NCBI GenBank assembly: GCA_963837955.1
Contig: CAWIPH010000002.1
Coordinates: 2,624,001 to 2,688,000, forward strand
Length of the DNA stretch: 64,000 nucleotides
Origin: an uncultured Verrucomicrobiae bacterium
GTDB lineage: Bacteria > Verrucomicrobiota > Verrucomicrobiia > Chthoniobacterales > JAFAMB01
Reading direction: 5' to 3'
How positions within the stretch are numbered: the first letter of the stretch is position 1; every line of letters begins with the position of its first letter. The notes under the pieces were generated by a model. That model saw only the letters and a program-made list of their open reading frames with translations, ran no database searches and was not told the origin of the DNA. Shown piece after piece: positions 50,813-60,847 of this stretch. The position numbers were made by a program, and so were the translations under genes.

Positions 50813-51430
50813 ATGCGCGTCCTTGCTATCGTGGACATCCAAAACGACTTCCTTCCAGGAGGTGCTCTGGCGGTCAAAGAAGGCGATGAGGTGATCCCAG
50901 TGATCAACGCCATAGCCTCCCGGTTCGATCTGGTGGTCGCTACTCAGGATTGGCATCCGCCGAATCACGGTAGTTTTGCGGCTAATTATCCGGGGCGTAA
51001 GCCGGGCGAGATGGTTACTTTGGCTGGTCAGCCCCAGATCCTTTGGCCGGTCCATTGCGTCCAAGGAACCAAGGGGGCAGAAATCTCCCCTCTCCTGGAT
51101 ACAACTCCCATCCGAGCGGTCTTCCAAAAAGGAATTGATCCGGAAATCGACAGCTACAGCGCCATTTTCGATAACGGGAGAAGGCGTTCGACTGGGCTTT
51201 CGGAATATCTCACGAAGCAAGGCGTGAATGAGATTTTCGTGGCAGGTTTGGCCCTCGATTATTGCGTGAAGTTCACCACTCTCGATGCCGTCAGCCTCGG
51301 CTTCGATACTCGGGTCATCCGCGACGCCTGTCGGGCAGTGAATCTAGATCCTGACGACGGAGAACGGGCTGTTGCCGAGATGAAGGCGGCCGGAGTCCTG
51401 ATCCTGGAGTCCGAGAAAATAGCCAAATAG
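50813..51430 (+). CDS. pncA: Nicotinamidase/pyrazinamidase
   Basis: DIQNDF, DWHP..H, WPVHC, GLALDYCV. Confidence 0.95.
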   Translation: MRVLAIVDIQNDFLPGGALAVKEGDEVIPVINAIASRFDLVVATQDWHPPNHGSFAANYPGRKPGEMVTLAGQPQILWPVHCVQGTKGAEISPLLDTTPIRAVFQKGIDPEIDSYSAIFDNGRRRSTGLSEYLTKQGVNEIFVAGLALDYCVKFTTLDAVSLGFDTRVIRDACRAVNLDPDDGERAVAEMKAAGVLILESEKIAK

Positions 51431-51478
51431 CCGCATTTGCTACTCGCTGCGGGCTATTTGTCGTTTTTACATCGTGAT

Positions 51479-51542
51479 ATGTAAGTTTTCGTTTACATAT
51501 ACGTAAGAAATAACTTATATATATTTAAGCACAAACTTACGT
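51479..51542. promoter_or_regulatory. Triple palindromic ArsR-type operator
   Basis: Three TAAG-N6-(C/T)TTA units at 22-bp period. Confidence 0.7.
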
Positions 51543-51547
51543 AAACA

Positions 51548-51838
51548 GTGGCAAACCAGGCGTTGTTTCAAGCATTGGCTGATCCGACTCGGCGGGAATT
51601 GCTCGAGCGGCTCCGGTTTGGTCCCCTTCCCGTCGGCAAATTGGCGATTGGATTGGACATGAGCAGACCAGCCGTCTCTCAGCATTTGAGAGTTTTGCGG
51701 GAGGCCGGCTTAGTGAGCGAAACTCGCGAAGCTACCTTGCGCTATTACCGGCTGGAAACGACCGGATTCCTCCGTTTGAGCGACTACATCGGGCGATTTT
51801 GCGATAGGCGGCCGGGGTCTGAGAAAACCAGCCGCTAG
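51548..51838 (+). CDS. ArsR family regulator
   Basis: FQALADPTRR, SRPAVSQHLRVLREAGLV. Confidence 0.9.
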   Translation: MANQALFQALADPTRRELLERLRFGPLPVGKLAIGLDMSRPAVSQHLRVLREAGLVSETREATLRYYRLETTGFLRLSDYIGRFCDRRPGSEKTSR

Positions 51839-52274
51839 ATCGTTCGGCCGTTGAATTCCGATCGGTTGAGAATCGGCATGCCTCCGGGCGGCGGAGGGGA
51901 GGTGCTTCTGACTTCGCTAAGTTGTACGCCTCCCGGGAATAGCCCACGGTGAAATCGAAGCCCGCGGTTGGGTGCGAAATCTTTGGTCTCGATTCCTCGG
52001 CGCGCGTTGGATCACGCCCGGGCGTCGCGAGCAACGCCCCTCCGATCGCTGGGTATATTTCCGCCAATGCATGGAAAGAGAATTCCCCCTCCGAGGCAAG
52101 ATAAAGGGTTCCACCCCCGAATTCCTCGTTGCTTAGGTTCTAATCCAAGCGCGCGGGCTTGACGTTCGCACAGGGCGAAAAGAATTTTGTGAGCGATGTC
52201 GAAATCCTGCTCTGCGGCGCGTCAGCGTATCGAGCAGCAACGTTTTGCGCTCACAAACAATGAAAGGATAACCT

Positions 52275-52631
52275 ATGAATTACACGCTCTTGTTCTATCA
52301 AAGCCCTGACGAATTTGCCGCCCGCACCGACCCAAAGAAGAGAGAAGCCTTCTGGGGCAGCTTTCTCCCTTATATGCAAGCGCTCAAAGACGCGGGCGTA
52401 GTGGTAAGCGGAGCCGGCCTCCAGCCACCAGAGACTGCCACCATCGTGAAACTGCGCGACGGCCAGCGGCAAGTACAGGACGGACCTTATGCTGATACCA
52501 AGGAACAGCTCGGTGGTTTCTTTATCATCGATGTGCCGGACCTCGATACCGCGCTCGACTGGGCAGCCCGCTACCCGGCCGGACCCGGCGGATTGGTCGA
52601 AGTGCGGCCCAACCTGCCACCAATGAGTTGA
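52275..52631 (+). CDS. YciI/DGPF family protein
   Basis: DGPYADTKEQLGGF. Confidence 0.92.
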   Translation: MNYTLLFYQSPDEFAARTDPKKREAFWGSFLPYMQALKDAGVVVSGAGLQPPETATIVKLRDGQRQVQDGPYADTKEQLGGFFIIDVPDLDTALDWAARYPAGPGGLVEVRPNLPPMS

Positions 52632-52726
52632 AGCCGCTTCGACGTTTTACGGGAGGAATCTTTTGCCCGGCGCGCATCACAACCACAGCAGCATGACAAG
52701 TACCATGCGTAGAAAGACGCCCGCGA

Positions 52727-53953
52727 ATGGAAGCGAGTCGTGCGGTTGAAAAAGTGGCAAGGGATTCCTACGGCCGGCTGTTAGCCTACCTGGCCGCCCG
52801 TTCGCGCGATGTGGCATCGGCGGAAGATGCGCTCGCTGATGCCTTCCACGCTGCACTGAAGACCTGGCCGCGCACCGGCGTGCCGGAAAAACCCGAGGCC
52901 TGGCTGCTTACGGCGGCGCGCCACCGGCTGATCGACGGTGCCCGCCACGCTCGCGTCCACGCCGATTCGGTACCGGCTCTACTCGCAGCGACCGAGGAGG
53001 CGCAGAAACTGGCGAGCATTGATACCGTGTTCCCCGACGAGAGGCTTAAGCTTCTGTTCATCTGCTCCCACCCGGCGATCGACGCCTCTGCTCGAACGGC
53101 GCTTATGCTCCAAACTGTGCTGGGGCTAGACGCAGCCCGCATCGCATCGGCGTTTCTGGTGAAGCCTTCCACGATGGGTCAGCGGCTCACCCGAGCGAAG
53201 GCGAAGATTCGCGATGCCGGCATTGCGTTCGAACCACCCGAACCCAAGGAGCTGCCATCGCGCCTGGACGCCGTTTTGGAGGCAGTTTATGCGACTTATG
53301 GCAGCGGGTGGGACGATGTAGCGGGCGCCGACCCGCGCCGCAAGGGACTGGCTGCCGAAGCAATCGATTTGGGTCGACTGCTTCTGCGGCTCCTGCCATC
53401 CGAGCCAGAAGTAAACGGGCTAATGGCACTCATGCTGCATTGCGAGGCGCGCCGGGACGCACGACGCACAGCAACGGGATGCTATGTGCCGCTGCTGGAA
53501 CAGGACGTGGAGCGTTGGTCTAACCCGATGATCGAGGAAGCAGAGCAGCTCCTAATCGCTGCCAAGCAATTTGGCCAAATCGGGCGCTTCCAACTTGAAG
53601 CGGCCATTCAATCGGTACACGCCCGCCGAGCATCGATCGGCTACACTGACTGGGAAGCGATCGCCCTGCTCTACGAAGGGCTTGTGCGATTTGCGCCAAC
53701 CATTGGCGCGCTGGTCGGCCGCGCCGCCGCCGTCGCCGAGGCGCGCGGTGTCGAGGCTGGTTGGGCGCTGCTCGAAGCCATCCCCGTCGAGGCGGTCAAG
53801 AGCTACCAACCCTACTGGGCACTTGCCGCGCATTTGCTCAAGTGGATGCAACGTTCTGAAGAGGCCAGTATCGCCTACAGCCGCGCTATCGGCTTGTGCG
53901 AGGATCCAGCCATGCGCGAGTTTCTGATGCAGCGAGCACGGCGGGCGCCCTAA
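52727..53953 (+). CDS. ECF sigma factor with C-terminal extension (ECF42/DUF6596-like)
   Basis: AEDALADAF, DERLKLLFICSHPA, FQLEAAI; paired with a DGPF protein. Confidence 0.9.
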   Translation: MEASRAVEKVARDSYGRLLAYLAARSRDVASAEDALADAFHAALKTWPRTGVPEKPEAWLLTAARHRLIDGARHARVHADSVPALLAATEEAQKLASIDTVFPDERLKLLFICSHPAIDASARTALMLQTVLGLDAARIASAFLVKPSTMGQRLTRAKAKIRDAGIAFEPPEPKELPSRLDAVLEAVYATYGSGWDDVAGADPRRKGLAAEAIDLGRLLLRLLPSEPEVNGLMALMLHCEARRDARRTATGCYVPLLEQDVERWSNPMIEEAEQLLIAAKQFGQIGRFQLEAAIQSVHARRASIGYTDWEAIALLYEGLVRFAPTIGALVGRAAAVAEARGVEAGWALLEAIPVEAVKSYQPYWALAAHLLKWMQRSEEASIAYSRAIGLCEDPAMREFLMQRARRAP

Positions 53954-54069
53954 GGTCGGGGACGGGGTGCTCCAGGGTCCGGTCTCGGGCGAACCAAAAG
54001 TCGAAACTTGCCAGCGCGAGAAATTATTCGAGTGGTTCGCGCGACTGGCCTGACGCGTTCAGGCCCCAG

Positions 54070-54729
54070 TCAGAGCTTCCGGACCACAGTCAAGCCATCA
54101 CCCGAGGTCAGCATTACAGCAGAGACTCGCTGATCGTCGCGGATCTTGAGGTTGAGCCGGCGCATCGATTGGGTCTCGGTGTCGTCGATTTTGTTATCGG
54201 CGACATTTCCCCCTCGTAGAACATTATCCAGCACGATCACACCACCGGAGCGGACCAATTCAAGGCAGGCTTCATAGTAGAGGTCGTACGCCAACTTATC
54301 TGCATCGATGAGGGCAAAATCGAACGAATTCTGGCCGAACTCGCGCGCTAATTGTCCTAGCGTTACTGCCGCAGGTCCGATGCGAAGATCGATCTTATGG
54401 GCCACACCAGCTTCTTTCCAGTACGGTTTACCAATCGAAGTCCACTCGGCACTGATGTCGCACGCAACCAGTTTCCCATCGGCTGGAAGTACCATGGCGA
54501 TACTGAGAGCGCTGAAGCCGGTAAAGGTGCCGACTTCCAAGGCGCGTCGGGCGCCGATCAGCTGCGCCAGCCACGCCAAAAAGGCTCCTTGATCCGGACC
54601 GAGCTGCATGACGGCGTCTGGGAGCTTTTCCGTTTCTCTTCGGAGCCGTTGCTGGACATCGGTTTCCTTGGTTACTACCTGTGCTACATACTTTTCGACG
54701 GCATCGGGAAGCAGGGAACGTTTGACCAT
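54070..54729 (-). CDS. SAM-dependent O-methyltransferase (CCoAOMT-like)
   Basis: LEVGTFTGFS, IDADK, LDN. Confidence 0.92.
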   Translation of the reverse strand: MVKRSLLPDAVEKYVAQVVTKETDVQQRLRRETEKLPDAVMQLGPDQGAFLAWLAQLIGARRALEVGTFTGFSALSIAMVLPADGKLVACDISAEWTSIGKPYWKEAGVAHKIDLRIGPAAVTLGQLAREFGQNSFDFALIDADKLAYDLYYEACLELVRSGGVIVLDNVLRGGNVADNKIDDTETQSMRRLNLKIRDDQRVSAVMLTSGDGLTVVRKL

Positions 54730-54762
54730 GAAGTCCCAACGTATGGGGCGGAAGATGTCTCG

Positions 54763-55563
54763 TCAATCGACTGGCGGTGAACAAAACAGCATCCATGTTC
54801 CGAACGCGAGGAGAGCAAAGCCCGATACCTGCGACAAACGCCAACGTCTTGGCGCGATGCGCTCAGACAATGCAAATATCGCGAGCAACGCAATCCAGAG
54901 AAGATTCATAATACCGACTGCGAAAAGCAGGAGCATCAGCAGCCAGCAGCAAGTTGTGCAGAACAGACCGTGCCTCCATCCCATCAGGAAGGCGCCGGCT
55001 CGCCCGTCGCGCCACTCAGTCATCAGGAACGTCAATGGCGATCGACAATGATTCAGGCAAACATTCTTGAGGGGTGAAAACTGGAACAGGCCAGCACCCA
55101 CAAAAAGTAGGCCACAAAGAATCGAACTCTTGGTGACCATCTGAGGTGAAAGCAGCGCAGTACCATGCAAGATCCATTGGGCAATCGCAGCGCCCAGGCT
55201 GAAAGCTGTCCAGACGACGAAGTATCCAGAAATGAAAAAAGCCGTTGGCACATACGGTTGGCCACGATCGGCGCGGGAACGTGAGACCTTTGAAAAAAGG
55301 AGAACAAGCGGTGCGACCGCCGGAAGCATCATTGCTACCATCATCTCGGCCCACATCAGAAAGAGAGGCACCAGAGTTTGCGGCGCCCACGGCGCTAAGT
55401 TAGGTCCGCTAATTGCCATCGCCGCGCAGTGGCAAATTCCGGTCGCGGCGAATCTCTCGGTCTCGAAGATAAGGTAAAACCACGCCACACCCGCAATCCC
55501 TGCAAGCGCAACGCCGACCGCCAATCGATCTCGCCGCACCATAGTCTCGATCACTTTCGGCAT
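54763..55563 (-). CDS. DUF2182 predicted metal-binding membrane protein
   Basis: MW..MMVAMMLP, K..CL.HCR.P, HG.FC..CCW.LM. Confidence 0.9.
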   Translation of the reverse strand: MPKVIETMVRRDRLAVGVALAGIAGVAWFYLIFETERFAATGICHCAAMAISGPNLAPWAPQTLVPLFLMWAEMMVAMMLPAVAPLVLLFSKVSRSRADRGQPYVPTAFFISGYFVVWTAFSLGAAIAQWILHGTALLSPQMVTKSSILCGLLFVGAGLFQFSPLKNVCLNHCRSPLTFLMTEWRDGRAGAFLMGWRHGLFCTTCCWLLMLLLFAVGIMNLLWIALLAIFALSERIAPRRWRLSQVSGFALLAFGTWMLFCSPPVD

Positions 55564-55583
55564 GGCCGCTGGTATCCAGGCGG

Positions 55584-56204
55584 TTAGTTTTGGTAATGAA
55601 CTTCGGTTACAAAGCCTGCTTTGTTAGAGCATTGGAAATTTATACTGCCGGCCGAGACGCGTAATTCGCGCGCCGAAACCACTTCTGCACCTCGAAAGAT
55701 AAACCCTGTGGCGTGTTCGATGCGTACAAACTCCGGCTCCCCGCTAACCGGATTTTTGACCGGCTCGAGATCGAACGCAACGCTGTCACCGATTCGTGCC
55801 CCGCTATTACGCCCGGCCAAGCGAAATTCAAACGGTACGAAGTTCGTCTCTTGGACGGTAGAGAACGTCGTTGCCAGAATTTCGAATGGAAGCCCACCAA
55901 GTTTGCCCAACGCAATGTTCTCGAGCGCTCTACGCTGCTTTTCATTGGCGCGCTCGTCGACGAACACTGTGACAGTGCCACCGCCCAAGTGGATCGCTTT
56001 CGGCCAATGTGCTGCAAAAGCCAGACAAAGGCCATCGAGCGGCACATCCCCGCATCGGCCGGTTTTAATTCGCCACGTCCCTGCGCCTTCACAGAAGCCG
56101 GGTGTCGGAGGAGCGGAAAACTCGCATGGACACCCGTAATCGCAATTGCAAGCCTGGAGGTAATCTGCGTCGAAAACCCAGGATAATGGTGCTGAAGCTG
56201 ACAT
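55584..56204 (-). CDS. DUF1326 protein
   Basis: ACNCDYGCPCEF..PPT.G.C; adjacent to DUF2182 gene. Confidence 0.9.
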   Translation of the reverse strand: MSASAPLSWVFDADYLQACNCDYGCPCEFSAPPTPGFCEGAGTWRIKTGRCGDVPLDGLCLAFAAHWPKAIHLGGGTVTVFVDERANEKQRRALENIALGKLGGLPFEILATTFSTVQETNFVPFEFRLAGRNSGARIGDSVAFDLEPVKNPVSGEPEFVRIEHATGFIFRGAEVVSARELRVSAGSINFQCSNKAGFVTEVHYQN

Positions 56205-56291
56205 AGTCTTACCCTCGCGAGAGGTTAGATCTTTTGGGATGTTGAGCTTAGCACGAGCCGGCCGGGCCGCGTCAATTCGAAACGGCAGAAG

Positions 56292-56559
56292 CTCACGCAA
56301 AGGCGCATCAGAATCGATTCAAAGAAAACCTCACGCAAAGACGCAAAGGCGCAAAGAAATACGGAAGGCAAAAGAGGAAGAGCCTCGAGACGGTTTTGTC
56401 TCCGGTGTCCGCGCGTCAAGCCGATGGGCGTCCGCCGAACCAAACTCTTTCAACGCTAGGTTGTTTGGGTGGGATCTACCCTTCCCCACTCTTCTTTGCG
56501 GCTTTGCGTCTTTGCGTGAGGTTTTTCTTTGCGAAGCTCCTGATGCGTCTTTGCGTGAG
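56292..56559. repeat. Large REP-like inverted repeat
   Basis: CTCACGCAAAG(A/G)CGCA units mirrored by TGCGTCTTTGCGTGAG units. Confidence 0.8.
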
Positions 56560-56561
56560 AT

Positions 56562-57332
56562 TCAAAGCCCCGGTATGATGAGCCGCAGCGCGCGAGCTTG
56601 GCGCTCGCTCACTTCAATTTGCGTGCCGGCAGCGTCATCCATGACCAGCATAAAGGCGCTACGCGCCGTCGGTTTGATCTCTTTGACTCGGCTTAGATTC
56701 ACCAGTGACGAACGATGGGCCCGGAAGAAGTTGAACTCGCTCAGACCTTGCTCGAGATCACCGAGCTGATAGTTAACCCACACGGTGTCGTTGCTGGTTC
56801 GGGCGCGTACGATGCCGTTGTCGATGAAGAAATAAAGTATCTCGGCCGGATCCAGCAGCATGAAACGATCGAGTTTACGCGCTACGATCTGCCGAAAATT
56901 GCGCGGCACGCTTGCCGTGAAATGTTGTATCTGATCGGTGGCCTGGGCGCGATCCTCGCTGAAATGTTGCAGTCGCCACGCCCGTTCCACCATCTCGCGT
57001 AATCGTTCCGGCTCAATTGGCTTCAGCAGATAAGCGATCGCGTTAGCGTCAAATGCGGCCATGGCATGCTCGTGAAAGCCGGTAACAAAGATGATCAACG
57101 GCAATGTCATTTCCGCCGGCAGCGCTTTGAGCGTTTCAAAACCGTCCAGCCCAGGCATCTGAACATCCAGAAATACCAAGTCTGGCCGTAGCCGCTGGAT
57201 TTCACCAACAGCCTCTAGTCCGTCTTTGGCTTCACCAATTACCTCGACATGTTCCTCGTCGTTCAAGAGCCGGCGCAGACGCAACCGGGCGTTGGGTTCG
57301 TCATCAATGAGCAACGAGCGCAGTTTTTTCAT
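56562..57332 (-). CDS. LytTR family response regulator
   Basis: REC domain (IDDE, FLDVQMP, YLLKP) plus LytTR domain (FFRAHRSSLVN, VSER). Confidence 0.95.
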   Translation of the reverse strand: MKKLRSLLIDDEPNARLRLRRLLNDEEHVEVIGEAKDGLEAVGEIQRLRPDLVFLDVQMPGLDGFETLKALPAEMTLPLIIFVTGFHEHAMAAFDANAIAYLLKPIEPERLREMVERAWRLQHFSEDRAQATDQIQHFTASVPRNFRQIVARKLDRFMLLDPAEILYFFIDNGIVRARTSNDTVWVNYQLGDLEQGLSEFNFFRAHRSSLVNLSRVKEIKPTARSAFMLVMDDAAGTQIEVSERQARALRLIIPGL

Positions 57333-59367
57333 GCACCACTGGAATCGGTATCAAAATTTGGGCGCGCGACCCGGTGCGCGGCTGGCTTTCGAACAAGAAG
57401 CGAGCGCTACCGTGGTAAACGGTTTGTAGCCGTTCCTCCACGTTACGGAGCCCCAATCCGGTGGAGTTGCGCTCGGCTAGCTTCTTGGGTGCGTTCGCGC
57501 CGACCCCGTTATCTTCGACTGTCAATTCGAGGTAATCTGTTTGTCGACGCGCGCGAATGGTCAACTCATTCAGTCCAACCTTCGGTCCTAAACCATGCTT
57601 GATCGAGTTTTCCACGAGCGGCTGAAGGATCAAGGTAGGTACTGACAGTTGGGCAACCGATTCGTGAACGTCGAAGTTGACTCGCAATCGTTCACCAAAC
57701 CGGACCTTTTCGATTTCCAAATACGTTTCCAAAAACGAGATTTCCTCGTTGACCGAACTGAATGGGCGGTCGTGATAAGTCAGTACGTGCCGGAAGATTT
57801 TTGCCAGCCGGATTATCATTTCCTCTGCCGCTCGCGGGTCCGCTGCGGTCAGAGCGGCAACACTGTTCAAGGAATTGAAAAGAAAATGCGGATTGATCTG
57901 AGCTCGAAGCGCTCGGAGTTCCGCTTCGACTAGTTGTTTAACTAGTTGGGCCTCGCGGCCAGCGCGTTCGATATTCTCTTTTTCACGGTCGATCGCTTCC
58001 AGGCGGCGGCCGATCGCCAAACAGACTTCCCGCAGGAAATCGATTTCCGCATTGAAAAGGGTGTGGCGACGGGGTCCAGGCGAAATCACCAAGTAGAATG
58101 CCGCCGGCTCTTCGCCTTTCTGAATTGGAAATATACAGTCGCGGCCTGGTTCCGAGCAGATCCCCGAGACCGTCTTATCGTTAACGTCCGTTAGGTTCAT
58201 CACCTGCTTCACCCTAAAGCCGCGCGCCTCTAGATGACTCTGCGGCAGATCCTCTGGAGTATCGTTCGAGCGAATAGTGGCATCCGCGATCCGCAATGTG
58301 CTTCGTACCAATTCTTCTCCGGTGCGGAAGATCCGAAGCGATTCAGATTCGCGGGCGATGGTCTCACGAAACGATTTGAGCGCGCGCTGGTAATCGGCTT
58401 GCCGAAAAATTTGTCGATCGACTAACCAATCGCTCAGCGTCGTAATTTTCGCGTAGCAAATGATTCCTATCCAAACGATCACGGCGAAGGCAAGTACCGC
58501 CAGGCCGCGGGAGGGCCCATTAGCACTCAGCGTGGACCAAAAGATCCCGCGGGCGAGGAGTGCGCTACCCATCGCGAGTAAGGCCCCCAACAAGATACGC
58601 AGGCCCTTCTGCGCAAAAATATCGCTAAAGCGAAAGCGAGAGAATCCGAAAAGACCGCCGGCGACAACGAGCAGTATGCTGAATTGCTTGGAAAAGATAA
58701 CCAGCGAGTCCAACCAGGCAGGAGGATTCGCGATATGCTCCTCTACCACATGGATCGTTGCCAGACTGATACCGGTCAGTAATGCCGCTGCGGAGATCCA
58801 GGAGAGCCGGCCTCGAAGCCGGCCAGGCAAGAAGACTAATGCACCGATCCAAAGGAAGAACACGCCGTTGTAAGCTGCAAAATCAAAGCGGGGGCCTACC
58901 GAACTATCCACAGAGCCCAGATAATCAATGTCCTGCGGAAGGAGTCCGGTAACATGGCCGAAGCTCAGGAACACGGTGCTCAAACCAGCTAGTGCAAAAA
59001 CCACTCGTCCAAGCTGCTTTCTCCAAATCGAGGTATAGGGGCCATGCGCCCAGAGCCCAAGAATCGTCAGCGGCCAGGCAACCGCCGCGCAGAAAGCCAC
59101 GTTGCGCGGCACAACGACCGCCAGTGAAGAGGTCGACTGACCAAGGCAGAAGGCTATTTGTGCGACAGAGGCTCCCAAAGTAAACGTGAGCGCGCATACC
59201 GCGAAACCCAGACGGGCGACGCGATTCTCCCCGCTTGAGCGCAGCGCTAGTATGAGAAGAAGAGCCGAAAGCGGAATTCCGACACCAAAATTGAAAGATT
59301 TTTCGATAACGCTCGAATCGTTACCCAGAGCGTCAGCATACAATAAGAAAAGAGGAAAACGGATCAC
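57304..59367 (-). CDS. LytS/YehU-type membrane sensor histidine kinase (copy 2)
   Basis: Same motifs as 11258-13261; overlaps the response regulator gene. Confidence 0.94.
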   Translation of the reverse strand: MIRFPLFLLYADALGNDSSVIEKSFNFGVGIPLSALLLILALRSSGENRVARLGFAVCALTFTLGASVAQIAFCLGQSTSSLAVVVPRNVAFCAAVAWPLTILGLWAHGPYTSIWRKQLGRVVFALAGLSTVFLSFGHVTGLLPQDIDYLGSVDSSVGPRFDFAAYNGVFFLWIGALVFLPGRLRGRLSWISAAALLTGISLATIHVVEEHIANPPAWLDSLVIFSKQFSILLVVAGGLFGFSRFRFSDIFAQKGLRILLGALLAMGSALLARGIFWSTLSANGPSRGLAVLAFAVIVWIGIICYAKITTLSDWLVDRQIFRQADYQRALKSFRETIARESESLRIFRTGEELVRSTLRIADATIRSNDTPEDLPQSHLEARGFRVKQVMNLTDVNDKTVSGICSEPGRDCIFPIQKGEEPAAFYLVISPGPRRHTLFNAEIDFLREVCLAIGRRLEAIDREKENIERAGREAQLVKQLVEAELRALRAQINPHFLFNSLNSVAALTAADPRAAEEMIIRLAKIFRHVLTYHDRPFSSVNEEISFLETYLEIEKVRFGERLRVNFDVHESVAQLSVPTLILQPLVENSIKHGLGPKVGLNELTIRARRQTDYLELTVEDNGVGANAPKKLAERNSTGLGLRNVEERLQTVYHGSARFLFESQPRTGSRAQILIPIPVVHEKTALVAH

Positions 59368-59422
59368 GGATTCATCGTTCTTTAGCGGATCGTTTCATCT
59401 TTTCGCACTACGAAACAATCAA

Positions 59423-59569
59423 TTAGGCAGGCTTAGGGTCCTGACTCAATAAATTATTTGTCGCACCGTCACGCCTGGTGCGCCGGAAAATCCAACGAAA
59501 CAGCCGCCACCGCCGTTTCCCGGATAAGAGAAAGGGGTTTTGCTCATGAGGGATCTTGTTGGTTTTCAT
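59423..59569 (-). CDS. Small cationic peptide upstream of the sensor kinase (copy 2, 48 aa)
   Basis: MKTNKIPHEQNPFLLSGKRRWRLFRWIFRRTRRDGATNNLLSQDPKPA; homolog of 11059-11229. Confidence 0.65.
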   Translation of the reverse strand: MKTNKIPHEQNPFLLSGKRRWRLFRWIFRRTRRDGATNNLLSQDPKPA

Positions 59570-59708
59570 GGGCGTCGCACTGCAATCAAGGTAGAGTTAA
59601 GCTGTTAGGCATCAATTGATTGCCAACGAGCGCGGGGGATTGCTTGTCCAACGCGAATAAGGAGCGACTGAGCGCGTAGTGGGAGTGTTGGCGTGTCGGC
59701 GTAACGAC

Positions 59709-59959
59709 GGGCGGGTAGGGCGAAACAGATCCAGCGAAGGCAGGATCTGTGAGCTTCGTGGTTTTGGGTAGCGGTGCAGGACGCGGCTCAAACCCGACGC
59801 GCGCACGCCAGCGATCTCTTGTCGCGCAAAGTCGCGCCGAGGTTTTCGCCCTACCATTATCGGCGACGGCAACTGCCAAACGTTCCATCACGCCGATCCG
59901 CCAAAACCGCCAGGCTCACAGATCCTGCCTTCGCTGGATCTGTTTCGCCCTACCCGCCC
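59709..59959. repeat. Perfect 46-bp inverted repeat pair
   Basis: Arms 59709-59754 and 59914-59959. Confidence 0.92.
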
Positions 59960-59986
59960 CCCAACGTCGATACGCCAGAACACCCC

Positions 59987-60016
59987 GCGCTCGACTCCCT
60001 TCTCTCGCCACTCGTC
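59987..60016 (+). promoter_or_regulatory. LytTR-type direct-repeat box
   Basis: GCGCTCGAC-N12-CCACTCGTC. Confidence 0.6.
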
Positions 60017-60079
60017 AGGCTTTTTCCGCGTCCATCCGGAATCACTGGCTTGCCGGTAGAGCACATTCTACTTACGCGG

Positions 60080-60469
60080 ATGCCAAACCGAAACCTTTGG
60101 GGGATGTCCGAGGGGCAGTCACCTACCGAGAAACGCCAAGAGAACGGCTACAGAAAGCGGTCCAATTGGCTCCACTCGATCGTGGCTGCTGCAGGGATCC
60201 TGACAGTCAGCTCACTGGTGACAGTAGTAGTGTTCGATTGGTATTTCTTTTCCGTTGTCGGCGGGCTGACGAACGCGCTGCGGCCGATCGCCGGAGCACT
60301 CCGCCAAGCTGACGGTAATGCTCAAGCCAGGCCAGCGACTCGTTTCGTGGGCGAGCATGATTCGGACGGAGATCTTCCGGTCCCACCCGAGGAACGCCGC
60401 GATCCAGCCAGCATCGAATCGCTACTTGTCCCCGTATTACGTTCGGCAGCCAACCCGAAGACCAACTAG
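60080..60469 (+). CDS. Orphan single-TM protein (ORF X, copy 2)
   Basis: 129 aa homolog of 9772-10164. Confidence 0.55.
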   Translation: MPNRNLWGMSEGQSPTEKRQENGYRKRSNWLHSIVAAAGILTVSSLVTVVVFDWYFFSVVGGLTNALRPIAGALRQADGNAQARPATRFVGEHDSDGDLPVPPEERRDPASIESLLVPVLRSAANPKTN

Positions 60470-60847
60470 TGCGAATCCGATCTTTCTCGGTATTTGGATT
60501 ACTGCAGCCGCTTCCTGTTTCCGTGTATGAATAACGCGCACGAGTTTGACGAAAAAAGATTTTGGATCGCCCTCTTTTCCACGTTCGTGCAGCGAGAGGT
60601 CAAAGCGAACTTCGTAAGCAGCCCGCGCCATTTTTTCGTTCCCTATTGGACGAGCTCTTTCCCTGAGAAGCGTCGGGAGCGCAAACCGATGACGGTGGAG
60701 CGGGTAGAGGTTGCCAGTAAGCAGTAAACAGTAAGCAGTAAACGGGAACGGGATCGCGTTCGTCCAGTTGCTGTGCGGCTTGCTAAGTTTTCCAGATGCT
60801 AAGAAAAGCGACTTGACTGCAAATGAGAATCATTCTCAGTTTAGAGC

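Noticed and set aside
59774..60079. N-terminal extension of the 231-aa ORF
   Set aside because: Runs through the IR and promoter cassette and is absent in copy 1; start placed at 60080
60715..60741. (CAGTAAR)4 tandem repeat as a contingency locus
   Set aside because: Short, imperfect and intergenic; no evidence of function
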